Notes: generated by a model not told the origin, from the letters alone. A stretch of DNA of 35,992 bases from Methanomicrobiales archaeon (GCA_012523385.1 JAAYIO010000034.1:1-35992), one strand, 5' to 3'. Positions 18,196 through 28,527 are shown, counted from the first letter of the stretch. Numbers and translations are program-made.

Positions 18196-18451
18196 TATAC
18201 CTTTTTACCTACCTCACCACATCATTACATAATTGATTTGTTTTCTCGGTTTTCGTCTGAGATCTCAATCAATTCAATAATTAAAGACATTATTGAAAGA
18301 ATACCGGGATTAGATCCACCAATATTCCGGATTTATAAATTATAAAATGGCTTACAATGATGCACAATTAATTACATTTATGTCCAGAACGTTTTATAAT
18401 GATGCGTTTTTCATTAATCGTTCCAACATTCTGTTTGTTAGAGGTTAGACT

Positions 18452-20507
18452 ATGGATTTGAAGTACGTTTAATCAACCCGTCCATATTGTGGAACAGGAT
18501 GTCCGTTCAATCTTGTTGTAAAAGACGACAAGGTGATCGGCGTGGCACCGTACCAGAGATCACCCATTAATGAGGGGAAATTATGTCCAAAAGGGATATA
18601 CGCTCATCAATTTGTGAATGCTCCGGACCGCCTGAAAACCCCATGATCAAAAAAGACGGCAAATTTGTCGAGGCAACATGAGAAGAAGCGTTTGATCTTA
18701 TTGCAAGTAAGTTCAAACAGTACAGTGGAGACCAGTTTGCATTAATTTCCTGTGCACGTGCATCAAACGAAGACAACTACGCAATGCAGAAACTTGGCCG
18801 TCTTGTATTAAAGACTCCAAATGTTGACCACTGCGCACGTCTCTGCCATGCATCAACCGTTGCAGGTCTCGCACAGGTCTTTGGATCAGGTGCAATGACA
18901 AACTCAATCAGCGACCTTGCTGACGCTGAATGTGCATTTATCATCGGCAGCAACAACTTTGAGGCTCGCCCTTTTGCTGGCCGCAAGCTGATGCAGGCAA
19001 AGCGCAACGGTGCAAAGATCATTGTATGTGACCCGCGCCGCACACCCACCGCCAAACAGGCACATCTCCACATCCAGCACTACTCTGGTACAGATATTGC
19101 CCTCCTTAACGGGATGATGCAGTACATCATCAAAAATGGATGGAAAAATAAAGAGTTCATCAATGCCCGCACTCTGGGTTATGAGGATTTCAAATCCTGT
19201 GTGATGCAGGAAAAATACAGTCTTGAGAATGTGTCCAAGATCACAGGAGTACCTGTTGAACACATCAGGACCACATGCCAGTGGATCCATAAAGCTGACA
19301 AAACAACAGCACTATATACCCTTGGTATCACTCAGCACACCGTTGGTGTGGACAATGTCCGTTCAATCGGATACCTCTAGATGCTCACCGGCAACATGGG
19401 CAAGCCAGGAACAGGTGTAAACCCACTGCGTGGACAGAACAATGTGCAGGGTGCCTGCGACATGGGTGCACTTCTCAATGTATTCCCTGGATACCCGAGT
19501 GTCACCAACCCTGAATCCGTAAAGAAATTTGAAGCTGCATGGGGCGACAAGCTTCCTGCAAAATTAGGTCTTGCGATCTCTGAAATGCTCGACATTCTTG
19601 CAGATGAACCCGGCAAACTAAAATGTCTTTACATAATGGGCAAAAATCCAATCATTTCCGAACCAAATATCGCACACGTTGAAAAAGCACTCCAGAATGC
19701 TGAATTCTTTGTTCACCAGGATATATTCCTGACAGAGACCGCACAGAATGCAGACGTTGTACTGCCGACTACATGCTATGCAGAGAAGGATGGCACACAG
19801 ACATGCACAGAAAGGCGTGTTCAGAAGTGGCGGGAAGCTCAGAAAGGACTAGGCATCGCAATGCATGATTGGAAGATTTGCGCCGGAATCGCTGCAAAGT
19901 TATGATACGGAGATCAGTTCGCATGGGACAATGCTTCAGATCTGTTTGATGAAATTGCATCACCCACCTCACAGTATTCAGGTATGGACTACGATCGGCT
20001 TGAGAGAGAGGGTCTCCAGTGACCATGTCCAACAAAGGTTCACCCGGGAACAAAGGTTCTCCACGCAGAGAAAAACGATAGAATGCCTGAAGGAAAGGCA
20101 CTGTTCTCACCGATTGAGCACAGACTACCAGCAGAGCAGACCGATAAGGAATATCCATTCATCCTCACCACCGGAGCAACAATCTGGCACTGGCCATCCG
20201 GTACCATGACACGCCGGTCAAAGAATCTCAACCGTGACTCTCCAACAGGCTGGCTTGAGATTAATACGGAAGTTGCAAAGGAAATCGGATTCAAGGATGG
20301 GGAAATGATCGCCGCTACTCACGCCGCGGCCAGGTTGGTGTCGGGGCACGTGTAACAGACGACATTAAGAAAGGAGTCATGTTTATGCCATTCAACTTCG
20401 TAGAGTGTGCCGCAAAGCGACTGACAAACAATGCCCTCGACCCAGTCGCAAAGATCCCGGAGTTCAAGGTATGTGCGGTAAAGGTCGAAAAAATAAAGGA
20501 GGCCTGA
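18452..20507 (+). pseudogene. fdhA: Full-length but disrupted formate dehydrogenase alpha-subunit gene
   Basis: Collinear with the intact fdhA from ATG 18452 to TGA 20507. In-frame stops at 18470 (TAA), 18679 (TGA), 19378 (TAG), 19903 (TGA) and 20020 (TGA); 1-nt deletions near 18640 and 20319; first Fe-S Cys changed to Arg (TRPYCGTGC). Explains track ORFs 18784, 19381 and 20083. Confidence 0.9.
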
Positions 20508-20510
20508 GAG

Positions 20511-20798
20511 ATGGCAGCAAATGGCGATATGATATACGCATGGGCAAATGATGCAGAGATACTAAAGAAGGGAGAATGTGGCGGTGCTGTTACCGCTCTT
20601 CTGAAATATGCCCTGAAAAGCAGGATGGTAGATGTTGTCCTTGCAGTAAAGAAAGGACAGGACATCTATGATGCTGTTCCGACACTGATAACAGACCCTG
20701 AGCTGGTTGCGGAATGTGCCGGATCACTCCACTGAGGTACATTGCTCATGTCCAAGATGTTCATGCAATATCTTGATGGTGCACGAGACATGGAAATT
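20511..20798 (+). pseudogene. fdhB: Truncated F420-dependent formate dehydrogenase beta-subunit gene
   Basis: [15 protein letters not shown]; TGA at 20733 replaces the Cys of GSLHCGTLL. Homology continues to DGARDMEI (20798) and then stops at about 96 of about 411 codons. Confidence 0.88.
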
Positions 20799-20847
20799 TT
20801 ACAATATCCACCGATAATCACAGAATAATGCATTTTAATCATAATCC

Positions 20848-20892
20848 ATATATAGCAATAAATAAAAACCATTCACTGTTAGAGGTTTAACT
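20848..20892 (+). promoter_or_regulatory. Candidate TATA element and ribosome-binding leader of intact fdhA
   Basis: ATATATA at 20848-20854. The leader TGTTAGAGGTTTAACT-ATG is nearly identical to the pseudogene leader TGTTAGAGGTTAGACT-ATG. Confidence 0.45.
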
Positions 20893-22950
20893 ATGGAATT
20901 CAAGTACGTACCTACAACCTGCCCCTTTTGCGGGACGGGGTGTTCGTTCAATCTCGTTGTTAAAGACGGAAAAGTCGTTGGAACTGCACCATTCCACCGC
21001 TCACCCGTCAATGAAGGCAAGGTTTGCCAGAAAGGCGCCAATGCAAACGAGTTTGTGAATGCACACGACCGTATTAAGACACCCCTTATTAAGAAGGATG
21101 GCAAATTTGTCGAAGCAACCTGGGAAGAGGCTTACAAACTGATTGCTAGCAAACTCGGCCAGTATTCCGGGGAACAAATAGCTGTGATCGGCTCTGCACG
21201 TGCATCCAATGAGGATAACTATGCATTGCAGAAATTTGCACGCTGTGTCATGCAAACACCAAATATTGACCACTGCGCACGTCTGTGCCATGCATCAACC
21301 GTTGAAGGCCTCACCCAGATCTTCGGCTCTGGTGCAATGACAAATTCAATAAGTGACCTTGCAGATACCAACTGTGCATTTATCATCGGCAGCAACAACT
21401 TTGAGGCACACCCACTAATCGGCCGCAGAATTATGCAGGCAAAGGCTAACGGTGCTAAGATTATTGTATGTGATCCACGCCGCACAGCTACCGCCAAGCA
21501 GGCAGATCTTTACATCCAGCAGAACTCCGGTACAGATATCGCCCTTCTTAATGGAATGATGCAGTACATCATTAAGAACGGATGGGAAAACAAGGAATTC
21601 ATCCAGAACCGGACTCTTGGATATGAAGAGTTCAAGGCCTGCGTCATGCAGGATAAATATAGTCTTGAAAATGTTTCCAAGGTCACCGGAGTACCTGCTG
21701 AAGACATCAAGACCGCATGCGAGTGGATTCATGAGGCAGACAAGACCGCTGCAGTATATTCCCTTGGCGTCACTCAGCACATCGTTGGTGTAGACAATGT
21801 TTGTTCAGTCGGTTTCCTGCAGATGCTCACCGGCAACATGGGCAAGCCCGGCACGGGAGTAAACGCACTGCGCGGACAGAATAATGTGCAGGGTGCCTGC
21901 GATATGGGCGCTCTTCCAGATTCTCTCCCCGGATATCAGAAAGTTAGCGATGCAGCCGCTGTAAAGAAATTTGAGGATGCATGGGGATGCAAGGTTCCTG
22001 CAAAGGTGGGCATCACCATTCCCGAGATGTTTGAGACCTTCGACAAAGAACCCAGCAAACTCAAGGCAATGTATCTGATGGGGGAGAACCCGATTCTCTC
22101 TGAACCTGATATCGCAGCTATCGACCGGGCTCTGAAGAATGTGGAATTCCTCGTTGTTCAGGATATTTTCCTTACCGAAACTTCAGAATATGCAGACGTT
22201 ATTCTGCCCGCTACCTGCTATGCTGAGAAGGATGGCACGCAGACCAACACCGAACGCCGTGTTCAGAAGTTAAGAAAAGCACAGGAAGGCCCCGGCATTG
22301 CAAAGAATGACTGGCAAATTATTGCTGATCTTGCTGCTGAGATGGGTCATGCTGACAAGTTCGCATGGAAGAATGCATCAGAAATCTTTGATGAGATGGC
22401 CGCACTCACACCACTGTACGGTGGCATGGACTATGACCGCATTAATTCAGAGGGACTTCAGTGGCCCTGCCCAACAAAAGAGCACATGGGAACAAAGGTA
22501 CTTCACGCAGAGAAATTCAATGGAATGCCTGATGGAAAGGCAAAATTCCTGCCCATTGAACACCGCTCACCTGCAGAGGTGACTGATGCAGAGTATCCGT
22601 TCGCCCTTACCACTGGTGCAACAATCTGGCACTCGCAGTCCGGTACCATGAGCCGGCGTTCAGAGAGTCTGAACAACGAATGCCCGAGAAGCTGGATTGA
22701 GATCAACACAGAAGATGCAAAGGAACTGAACATTAAAAATGGGGATGTTATCACCGCATGTTCACGCAGTGGAGAGGTAAATGCTCCGGCAAAGGTCACT
22801 CCTGACATTAAAAAGGGCGTTATGTTCATGCCATATCACTTCTCAGAATCCAGAGTAAACCTGATCACCAACCCATCATGTGACCCGGTTTCAGGAACTC
22901 CTGAGCTTAAAGTCTGTGCAATAAATATTAAGATCCCCAAGGAGGCCTGA
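20893..22950 (+). CDS. fdhA: Formate dehydrogenase alpha subunit (Cys-type, Mo/W bis-pterin)
   Basis: CPFCGTGC...CQKG Fe-S motif, CARLCHAST active-site Cys-His, LRGQNNVQGACDMG, QDIFLTET and EKDGTQTNTERRVQ. Confidence 0.95.
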   Translation: MEFKYVPTTCPFCGTGCSFNLVVKDGKVVGTAPFHRSPVNEGKVCQKGANANEFVNAHDRIKTPLIKKDGKFVEATWEEAYKLIASKLGQYSGEQIAVIGSARASNEDNYALQKFARCVMQTPNIDHCARLCHASTVEGLTQIFGSGAMTNSISDLADTNCAFIIGSNNFEAHPLIGRRIMQAKANGAKIIVCDPRRTATAKQADLYIQQNSGTDIALLNGMMQYIIKNGWENKEFIQNRTLGYEEFKACVMQDKYSLENVSKVTGVPAEDIKTACEWIHEADKTAAVYSLGVTQHIVGVDNVCSVGFLQMLTGNMGKPGTGVNALRGQNNVQGACDMGALPDSLPGYQKVSDAAAVKKFEDAWGCKVPAKVGITIPEMFETFDKEPSKLKAMYLMGENPILSEPDIAAIDRALKNVEFLVVQDIFLTETSEYADVILPATCYAEKDGTQTNTERRVQKLRKAQEGPGIAKNDWQIIADLAAEMGHADKFAWKNASEIFDEMAALTPLYGGMDYDRINSEGLQWPCPTKEHMGTKVLHAEKFNGMPDGKAKFLPIEHRSPAEVTDAEYPFALTTGATIWHSQSGTMSRRSESLNNECPRSWIEINTEDAKELNIKNGDVITACSRSGEVNAPAKVTPDIKKGVMFMPYHFSESRVNLITNPSCDPVSGTPELKVCAINIKIPKEA

Positions 22951-22955
22951 TTACA

Positions 22956-24191
22956 ATGGCAGCAAAAGGTGACATGGTCTATGCATGGTCTACAAATGAA
23001 GATATGCTGGCAAAAGGTGAGTGTGGAGGAGCAGTAACAGCTCTCCTGAAATATGCTCTTGAAAGTAAGATGGTTGACGGCGTTCTGACGGTGAAGAAGG
23101 GAGTGGATCTCTATGATGCTCAGCCCGTCTTCATTACCGACCCCGCCGACATTGCAAAGGCTGCTGGTTCCCTTCACTGTGGAACTCTGCTTTTGCCTAA
23201 GTTGATTAAGAAATACTTCAATGGTGCAAAGGACATGAAGATTGCCATCACGCTCAAGGGCTGTGATGCAATGGCAATGTATGAACTGGCAAAGAGAAAC
23301 CAGATCAACCTCGACAATGTGCTCATGATCGGTTTGAACTGTGGAGGCTCTGTCGAACCGGGAATGGCCCGGGAAATGATTGAGAAGAAGTATGGGGTCA
23401 ACCCAGACGATGTTCACAAAGAAGAGATTGATAAGGGTCAGTTCATCATTGAGTACGAAGGCGGAGAGAAAGGCATAGCCATGGACGAGCTCGAAGAAGA
23501 GGGATATGGCCGCCGTCTCAACTGTCAACGCTGTAAACTGAAGATTCCACGCCAGACTGATCTTGCCTGCGGGAACTGGGGCGTTATCGGACCAAAAGCC
23601 GGTAAAGCAACATTCGTAGAGGTCTGCAGCGACAAGGGTGCAGAACTGTTAAACAAGGCAGAAAAAGCACAGGCAATTGCAACTGAACCACCAATCCCTA
23701 AGGGTCTTGAGATCCGCGGAAAGATTGAGAAGTCCATGTTCAGACTCGCTGACAAAGCACGTGCACATCAGTTCGGAGCCCTTGGAGATGGAGAAGCCCG
23801 TCTCAAGTTCATTCTGGATGAGACATCACGGTGCATCAAATGTTATCAGTGCATCGAGAACTGTCCAATCTGTTACTGTGAAGAGTGCAGTACAAAGAAG
23901 AGCCACCTTGTAGCACATGGGCAGGTTCCACCACCCTTCATGTTCCACCTGATTCGGTACTCGCATATAGCCGATTCCTGTATCAACTGTGGGCAATGTC
24001 AGGAACTGTGTGCAATGGATATTCCAAACTCCCTCTTTATGCACGCTCTCCAGGTTGAAATGGAAAAGATGTTCGGATTTACTCCAGGTATTAACATGGA
24101 TCTCCCTGTGCTTGCTCTTGTTGAAGAAAAGACAGAACGGGCCCGGCTCAGCTCGACCGGAACCGACCAGATCTTTAATATCTTTAAATAA
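22956..24191 (+). CDS. fdhB: F420-dependent formate dehydrogenase beta subunit
   Basis: [32 protein letters not shown] and two ferredoxin motifs (CIKCYQCIENCPICYCEEC, CINCGQCQELC). Confidence 0.95.
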   Translation: MAAKGDMVYAWSTNEDMLAKGECGGAVTALLKYALESKMVDGVLTVKKGVDLYDAQPVFITDPADIAKAAGSLHCGTLLLPKLIKKYFNGAKDMKIAITLKGCDAMAMYELAKRNQINLDNVLMIGLNCGGSVEPGMAREMIEKKYGVNPDDVHKEEIDKGQFIIEYEGGEKGIAMDELEEEGYGRRLNCQRCKLKIPRQTDLACGNWGVIGPKAGKATFVEVCSDKGAELLNKAEKAQAIATEPPIPKGLEIRGKIEKSMFRLADKARAHQFGALGDGEARLKFILDETSRCIKCYQCIENCPICYCEECSTKKSHLVAHGQVPPPFMFHLIRYSHIADSCINCGQCQELCAMDIPNSLFMHALQVEMEKMFGFTPGINMDLPVLALVEEKTERARLSSTGTDQIFNIFK

Positions 24192-24200
24192 TCTTTTTTT
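24192..24200 (+). terminator. Oligo-T terminator of fdhAB
   Basis: TCTTTTTTT immediately after the stop codon. Confidence 0.55.
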
Positions 24201-24660
24201 GACCGCCCCAACTATCAAGGCGTAATTTCTCACGTCTCTTCTCCAAAGCCAGACGTGATACTCGGAATATCCGAATCGGTACAATTTACTCACCATACCC
24301 CCCATACCACAAACTGGATTCTTTAAAAAACGCTTATTTCAACGCATTATCGATGAATTTAAAAAAATATCCCTTTTAAGATTGGAAATCCCCCTAAATC
24401 TCGCTGTTCTGCTGCTCTACCTACAAAGGACTCATGTACACAAGTCTCATAAACCCATTGCAAAGAACGATGAATGAAACTCTGAGTCATCTGGATTACT
24501 ATTTAGTGAGCATATAGAGGACTGATGCCTTGAGAAGAGAGAAAAAATAGATCAGGGACGCCGGTTCCAGGGCATTCAGGAGTGCTAAACTCAGCACGCA
24601 CTAACAGAACTCAACTAACTGAGAATGATAATTCAGCCACGATTTATCAGATCCAATAGC

Positions 24661-24670
24661 AACAAAAAAA
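24661..24670 (-). terminator. Oligo-T terminator of the hdr/fwd operon
   Basis: A7 on the plus strand (T7 on minus) just after the fwdC stop. Confidence 0.5.
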
Positions 24671-24677
24671 GATATGA

Positions 24678-25478
24678 TTAGATTTTTTGGTAAAGATTTC
24701 CGTAGATGACCTCACCCTTTCTCGTGGGGTGACGTTCTCCAAGATCACCAATGTAGTGTGCAAATGTTGCAGACTTACCATCGACTTCTTTCTCTACATC
24801 TCCAATATACCTGAAACCGGGCATCATGACGTCAATAGTGCCGAAGATGTAAACATCTCCCTTGACCATCTGACCACCAACACGTGACATGGCATTGCCT
24901 TTCACGATGATGGTGCCACCCTCAGCGTGAGTTGCAATGTGAATGCCTGCATTACCCTCAATGATGATGGTGCCGCCGATCATAAACGTACCAACATCAC
25001 TGCCAGCATTTCCGCCGACACGGATGAGACCACCACGCATACCACGCCAGTCGCCTCGATAGGAAGAACCAAGGTGGTTGTCTGCGTTTCCGTCAATGAT
25101 GAATTCTCCACCTTCCATCTGTATACCACAGAAGGCATCGACATTGCCGGTTACATGGAGTTTTCCACCGAGCATCCAGCCACCGGTGTACATATCAGCA
25201 TTTCCTTCAATGACAATCTCACCGGCAGACATCTTCTGACCAATGCGTTTTACGCGGGTACAGTCACCCTTCACAATAATTTTTGTGGATTCGGCAGTCG
25301 CTCCTGCCTTACCCGTAATTGTGAAGAACTCTTTGAGAGCTGTTTTATGGTTACCCTCGTGGCACTCCAGGTTGCCAATCTCCTCAAGAGATTTACCTGC
25401 AAATGCATCCGGGGTAATATTATAAGCCTCAATAATGAGTTCCGGTTTATTGACTAATGTTACTGTTACAGTATCCAT
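24678..25478 (-). CDS. fwdC: Formylmethanofuran dehydrogenase subunit C
   Basis: GXGXG beta-helix repeats (GxxMxGGxIxIxGNA) and GSSYRGDWRGM. W- versus Mo-type (fwd/fmd) cannot be determined. Confidence 0.95.
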   Translation of the reverse strand: MDTVTVTLVNKPELIIEAYNITPDAFAGKSLEEIGNLECHEGNHKTALKEFFTITGKAGATAESTKIIVKGDCTRVKRIGQKMSAGEIVIEGNADMYTGGWMLGGKLHVTGNVDAFCGIQMEGGEFIIDGNADNHLGSSYRGDWRGMRGGLIRVGGNAGSDVGTFMIGGTIIIEGNAGIHIATHAEGGTIIVKGNAMSRVGGQMVKGDVYIFGTIDVMMPGFRYIGDVEKEVDGKSATFAHYIGDLGERHPTRKGEVIYGNLYQKI

Positions 25479-25489
25479 ATCATTTCACC

Positions 25490-27205
25490 TCAAGCTGTTA
25501 TGTCAACCTCGATTACCTTCGGGTTGTGCAGATGCTCTTCAAACAGGGAGTAGTTGTCCTTGTTGACACTGTAGTATCTGAGGAACTTCTCAGAGACATC
25601 GCGTGCCACCTGTTTGTTCTCCGGAACCTTGACATTCACCCAGATGGTGCTCTTCGGCGTATCGCCAACGATATCACCATCTTTGACAACGATTACGCCG
25701 TCCTTTAAGGTGTATGCTGCACGTCCGAATGCCTTCTCGATCATCTCAGGGTCGGATGGCATATTCTCTGGATCCAGATCATAGATTGCAACGTTACCTG
25801 CGAGACCTTCGGTAAAGCTTCCATACATGTGACTGAGACCAAGTGCCTTGGCAGTGCCTGCACGAGTCATCATTGCAATCTCGTAGAGGCTCATTTCGCG
25901 ATCTATGCTCTCAATGTTAGTTGCACCGATAACCTTCTCGCTCCACTTGAATGAATGCAAGAGTTCGTCACGTGATGCTTTGCTCATCAGCCATTTGATG
26001 ATGCGTGGGTATCGGATGAACGGACCAGCATTTGGATGATCTGTCGTAATGTGTGAACGCATTGGATCATTACAGAACAGAGCCAGTTCAAGGCCGATTG
26101 CCCACTGGATATTGCAGACCTTGACATCCTTACCATAGACGTATGGTACAATGCCTGCGGCAGTCTCAAGTTCGACGTCCACATTTGCCCATTTTAGGTG
26201 GTTCAGTGACTGAAGGTGGTGTTCAAATGGACCGTCTGCGGTCATGGTGGTGGTTTCATCGAGGGTAACAACACCAAGATCAAAGGTCAGGTTCTTCTGG
26301 CGGTTCACATACTCCATGATTTCCTTTGCCTTGGACTCAAAGTTCAGCCAGCTATCTCCACCATAGCTGTGGAACTGAAGGTGAGTGTTGTGGATAACCT
26401 GGTCACGACCAAAATCACAGTTTGGCGAGTAGCCTTCTGCAAGTTTTAGGGTGTCAATGGTATCGGTGTAGTTGCCGGGGTTTCCGATATTATTGCCGTG
26501 GAGGTGTATCGAGTGGGGCAGGCGGAGATACTCATTGGTCTCAATGAGGCCTTTGATAATCTCTGCAGGGGTTATGTTGAAGTGAGGAACTGGGTCGTTG
26601 ATGGTGACACAGTTAAGGCCCCATCCCCATGCTTCTGTGCCGCCTGGGTTGACAACCTTAATTGCAAAACCCTTTGTTGCATGCAGGAGCCATGCAGTGT
26701 AAGCTGCATTGTTCTCGATTTCCCCATTCTTGAGGTATTCAAGCATGAACCAGTTATTGCCTAAGACCGGCATTGCGGTATTGTCAATAAGAGGTGTATC
26801 TCTGATTTCTTCATGCACATGCGGGGAGTGAAGCGGAGGCATTGCGGCCTCATTCACAAAGCAGTACCCCATACGTGAATAATCGTACCCGGTCTTGAAT
26901 GTTGACGGGACAGAGAATCCCATCTCCATCCGGGCATTCTTAGGCTGTCTCAGAGGACTCTTAAAGAGTTTGTCTTCAGGTCTGAAGAGACGACCTACGT
27001 TTACCTTTGGTCCGACAACGTGGGAGTGAATATCCACACCGCCGGCCATGACAGTCTTTCCGGATGCATCAATCGTCTTTGCGCTGCTGGTGAGAGCAGA
27101 AGGCTCGACAAATTTGCCATCCCTTATGGCTATGTTATGGACCTCGCCCTTGATTCCCAAAATAGGATCAAAGACGTGACCATTTTTGATTAAATATTCT
27201 GCCAT
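25490..27205 (-). CDS. fwdA: Formylmethanofuran dehydrogenase subunit A (amidohydrolase)
   Basis: GGVDIHSH, KVVNPGG, HSIHLH, THLQFHSY and TTDHPNAGPF. ATG at 27205 preferred. Confidence 0.95.
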   Translation of the reverse strand: MAEYLIKNGHVFDPILGIKGEVHNIAIRDGKFVEPSALTSSAKTIDASGKTVMAGGVDIHSHVVGPKVNVGRLFRPEDKLFKSPLRQPKNARMEMGFSVPSTFKTGYDYSRMGYCFVNEAAMPPLHSPHVHEEIRDTPLIDNTAMPVLGNNWFMLEYLKNGEIENNAAYTAWLLHATKGFAIKVVNPGGTEAWGWGLNCVTINDPVPHFNITPAEIIKGLIETNEYLRLPHSIHLHGNNIGNPGNYTDTIDTLKLAEGYSPNCDFGRDQVIHNTHLQFHSYGGDSWLNFESKAKEIMEYVNRQKNLTFDLGVVTLDETTTMTADGPFEHHLQSLNHLKWANVDVELETAAGIVPYVYGKDVKVCNIQWAIGLELALFCNDPMRSHITTDHPNAGPFIRYPRIIKWLMSKASRDELLHSFKWSEKVIGATNIESIDREMSLYEIAMMTRAGTAKALGLSHMYGSFTEGLAGNVAIYDLDPENMPSDPEMIEKAFGRAAYTLKDGVIVVKDGDIVGDTPKSTIWVNVKVPENKQVARDVSEKFLRYYSVNKDNYSLFEEHLHNPKVIEVDITA

Positions 27206-27207
27206 AT

Positions 27208-28527
27208 TCAGGCCTCCAGTTCGCACATGCGCTGGTAAATCCTCTCAAAGAGTTCCTCATCAGAGATAACGCCCTCAGGTGGATCGATAACCTTTCTGTA
27301 CTGAATTGGCACATTATCCATACGATAGACAATGCCAGCTACTTCTACGCCAACAATACCGACTGGGATGTGCAGATCAGAGATCTCACTTGCCATGCAG
27401 ATATTGGGGTCAATGGTGACCATCGGGTGTTTCTTGATGTGCTTTACCGCTTCAATCGGGAAGTGCGCACCTGCGTCTGTTCCGATATTGATGAATGCAT
27501 CAATCTCATCACGCATAGCGAGATCAATAGAACTTGTCTCACCCGGATTCATGTGAGCCATGTTCTTTTTTGTCAGGTCGAGACAATAGGGGAAACCAAA
27601 CTGCCATGACCATACTGCGCCTGGGCCCGTGATATTGTAGTGACCCCGCATTGCCATGATGGTCCATTTCGTGGTCTCATTGAGATCACGGGTCAGACTG
27701 ATGGCTTCGTCAACATTGTGATTACGGCCGTCAGAGTGACAGAGACCCATACCATAGAAGATCGTTCCAAAGCGGGCGTTCTTCATGATCTCGGCAACTT
27801 CAAGGATCTGCTCCTTTTTGATACCTGCAACAACATCAGGGATATCCGCTTCAAAACCACGAACCACCATGCGGAATGCATTGAATAACTCGTAGTCATG
27901 GCCCTGCTTAACCTGCAGGTGGATATCAGAAACGCGTGCAGTGTCAGTGAACCGTGGGTCGACAGTGATTACTTTACGACCCATAACACCCTTTCCGGTA
28001 AAGAACCCTCTTGGGAACATTGCATACCGGGACATGTGGCGTGGGTGTGCGTGTGCAGGGTTTGAACCCCAGTACACAACCACGTCTGCACGGTTCTTCG
28101 TCTCTCCAAGAGTACAGCTTGGATACCCGTTGTCAAACATCGCCAGGAAAGAACTTCCGTGACAGATGGATGCACAGTTATCGAGAACTGCTCCTGCTTT
28201 CTCTGCAACTTTTGCTGCAGAACTCATTGCTTCGCAGTTGGTGGAACCAAAACCAAAGATAAGAGGCTTCTTTGCCTTCACAAGCATCTTTGCCGTAAAG
28301 TCAATTGCCTCGGTGTAACTGACATCTTTGTAGGTGCCATCAGGCTGGCGCATACGAGGAAGTTTGACGCGGTCTTCACGCGATGCATGCTTGAAAATCT
28401 CGGCCCCGATAGCACAGACATTTGCGACCTCAAGGATCTTCTTGCCGTCATCGGAAACCGTGACTTCCACGTCATCACAGCAGGCCCCACAGTATGGGCA
28501 ACCAACATCTTTTATTACTTTTGCCAT
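27208..28527 (-). CDS. fwdB: Formylmethanofuran dehydrogenase subunit B
   Basis: CPYCGACCDD, ASICHGSS, CTLGETKNRAD, HPRHMSRY and MRGHYN. ATG at 28527 overlaps the fwdD stop (TAATG). Confidence 0.95.
   Translation of the reverse strand: MAKVIKDVGCPYCGACCDDVEVTVSDDGKKILEVANVCAIGAEIFKHASREDRVKLPRMRQPDGTYKDVSYTEAIDFTAKMLVKAKKPLIFGFGSTNCEAMSSAAKVAEKAGAVLDNCASICHGSSFLAMFDNGYPSCTLGETKNRADVVVYWGSNPAHAHPRHMSRYAMFPRGFFTGKGVMGRKVITVDPRFTDTARVSDIHLQVKQGHDYELFNAFRMVVRGFEADIPDVVAGIKKEQILEVAEIMKNARFGTIFYGMGLCHSDGRNHNVDEAISLTRDLNETTKWTIMAMRGHYNITGPGAVWSWQFGFPYCLDLTKKNMAHMNPGETSSIDLAMRDEIDAFINIGTDAGAHFPIEAVKHIKKHPMVTIDPNICMASEISDLHIPVGIVGVEVAGIVYRMDNVPIQYRKVIDPPEGVISDEELFERIYQRMCELEA

Noticed and set aside
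19378-19380. In-frame TAG as possible pyrrolysine read-through
   Set aside because: It aligns with Gln (CAG) in the paralog, a single C-to-T change within a gene that has many other lesions.
20733-20735. In-frame TGA at a conserved Cys of fdhB as possible selenocysteine
   Set aside because: The gene is truncated about 21 codons later, the upstream fdhA has TAA/TAG stops and frameshifts, other TGAs replace Trp or Gly, and the usual Sec positions in FdhA, FwdB, HdrA and MvhD are Cys here.
22836-24305. Antisense ORFs of 230 aa and 159 aa over fdhA/fdhB
   Set aside because: Shadows of strongly codon-biased genes.
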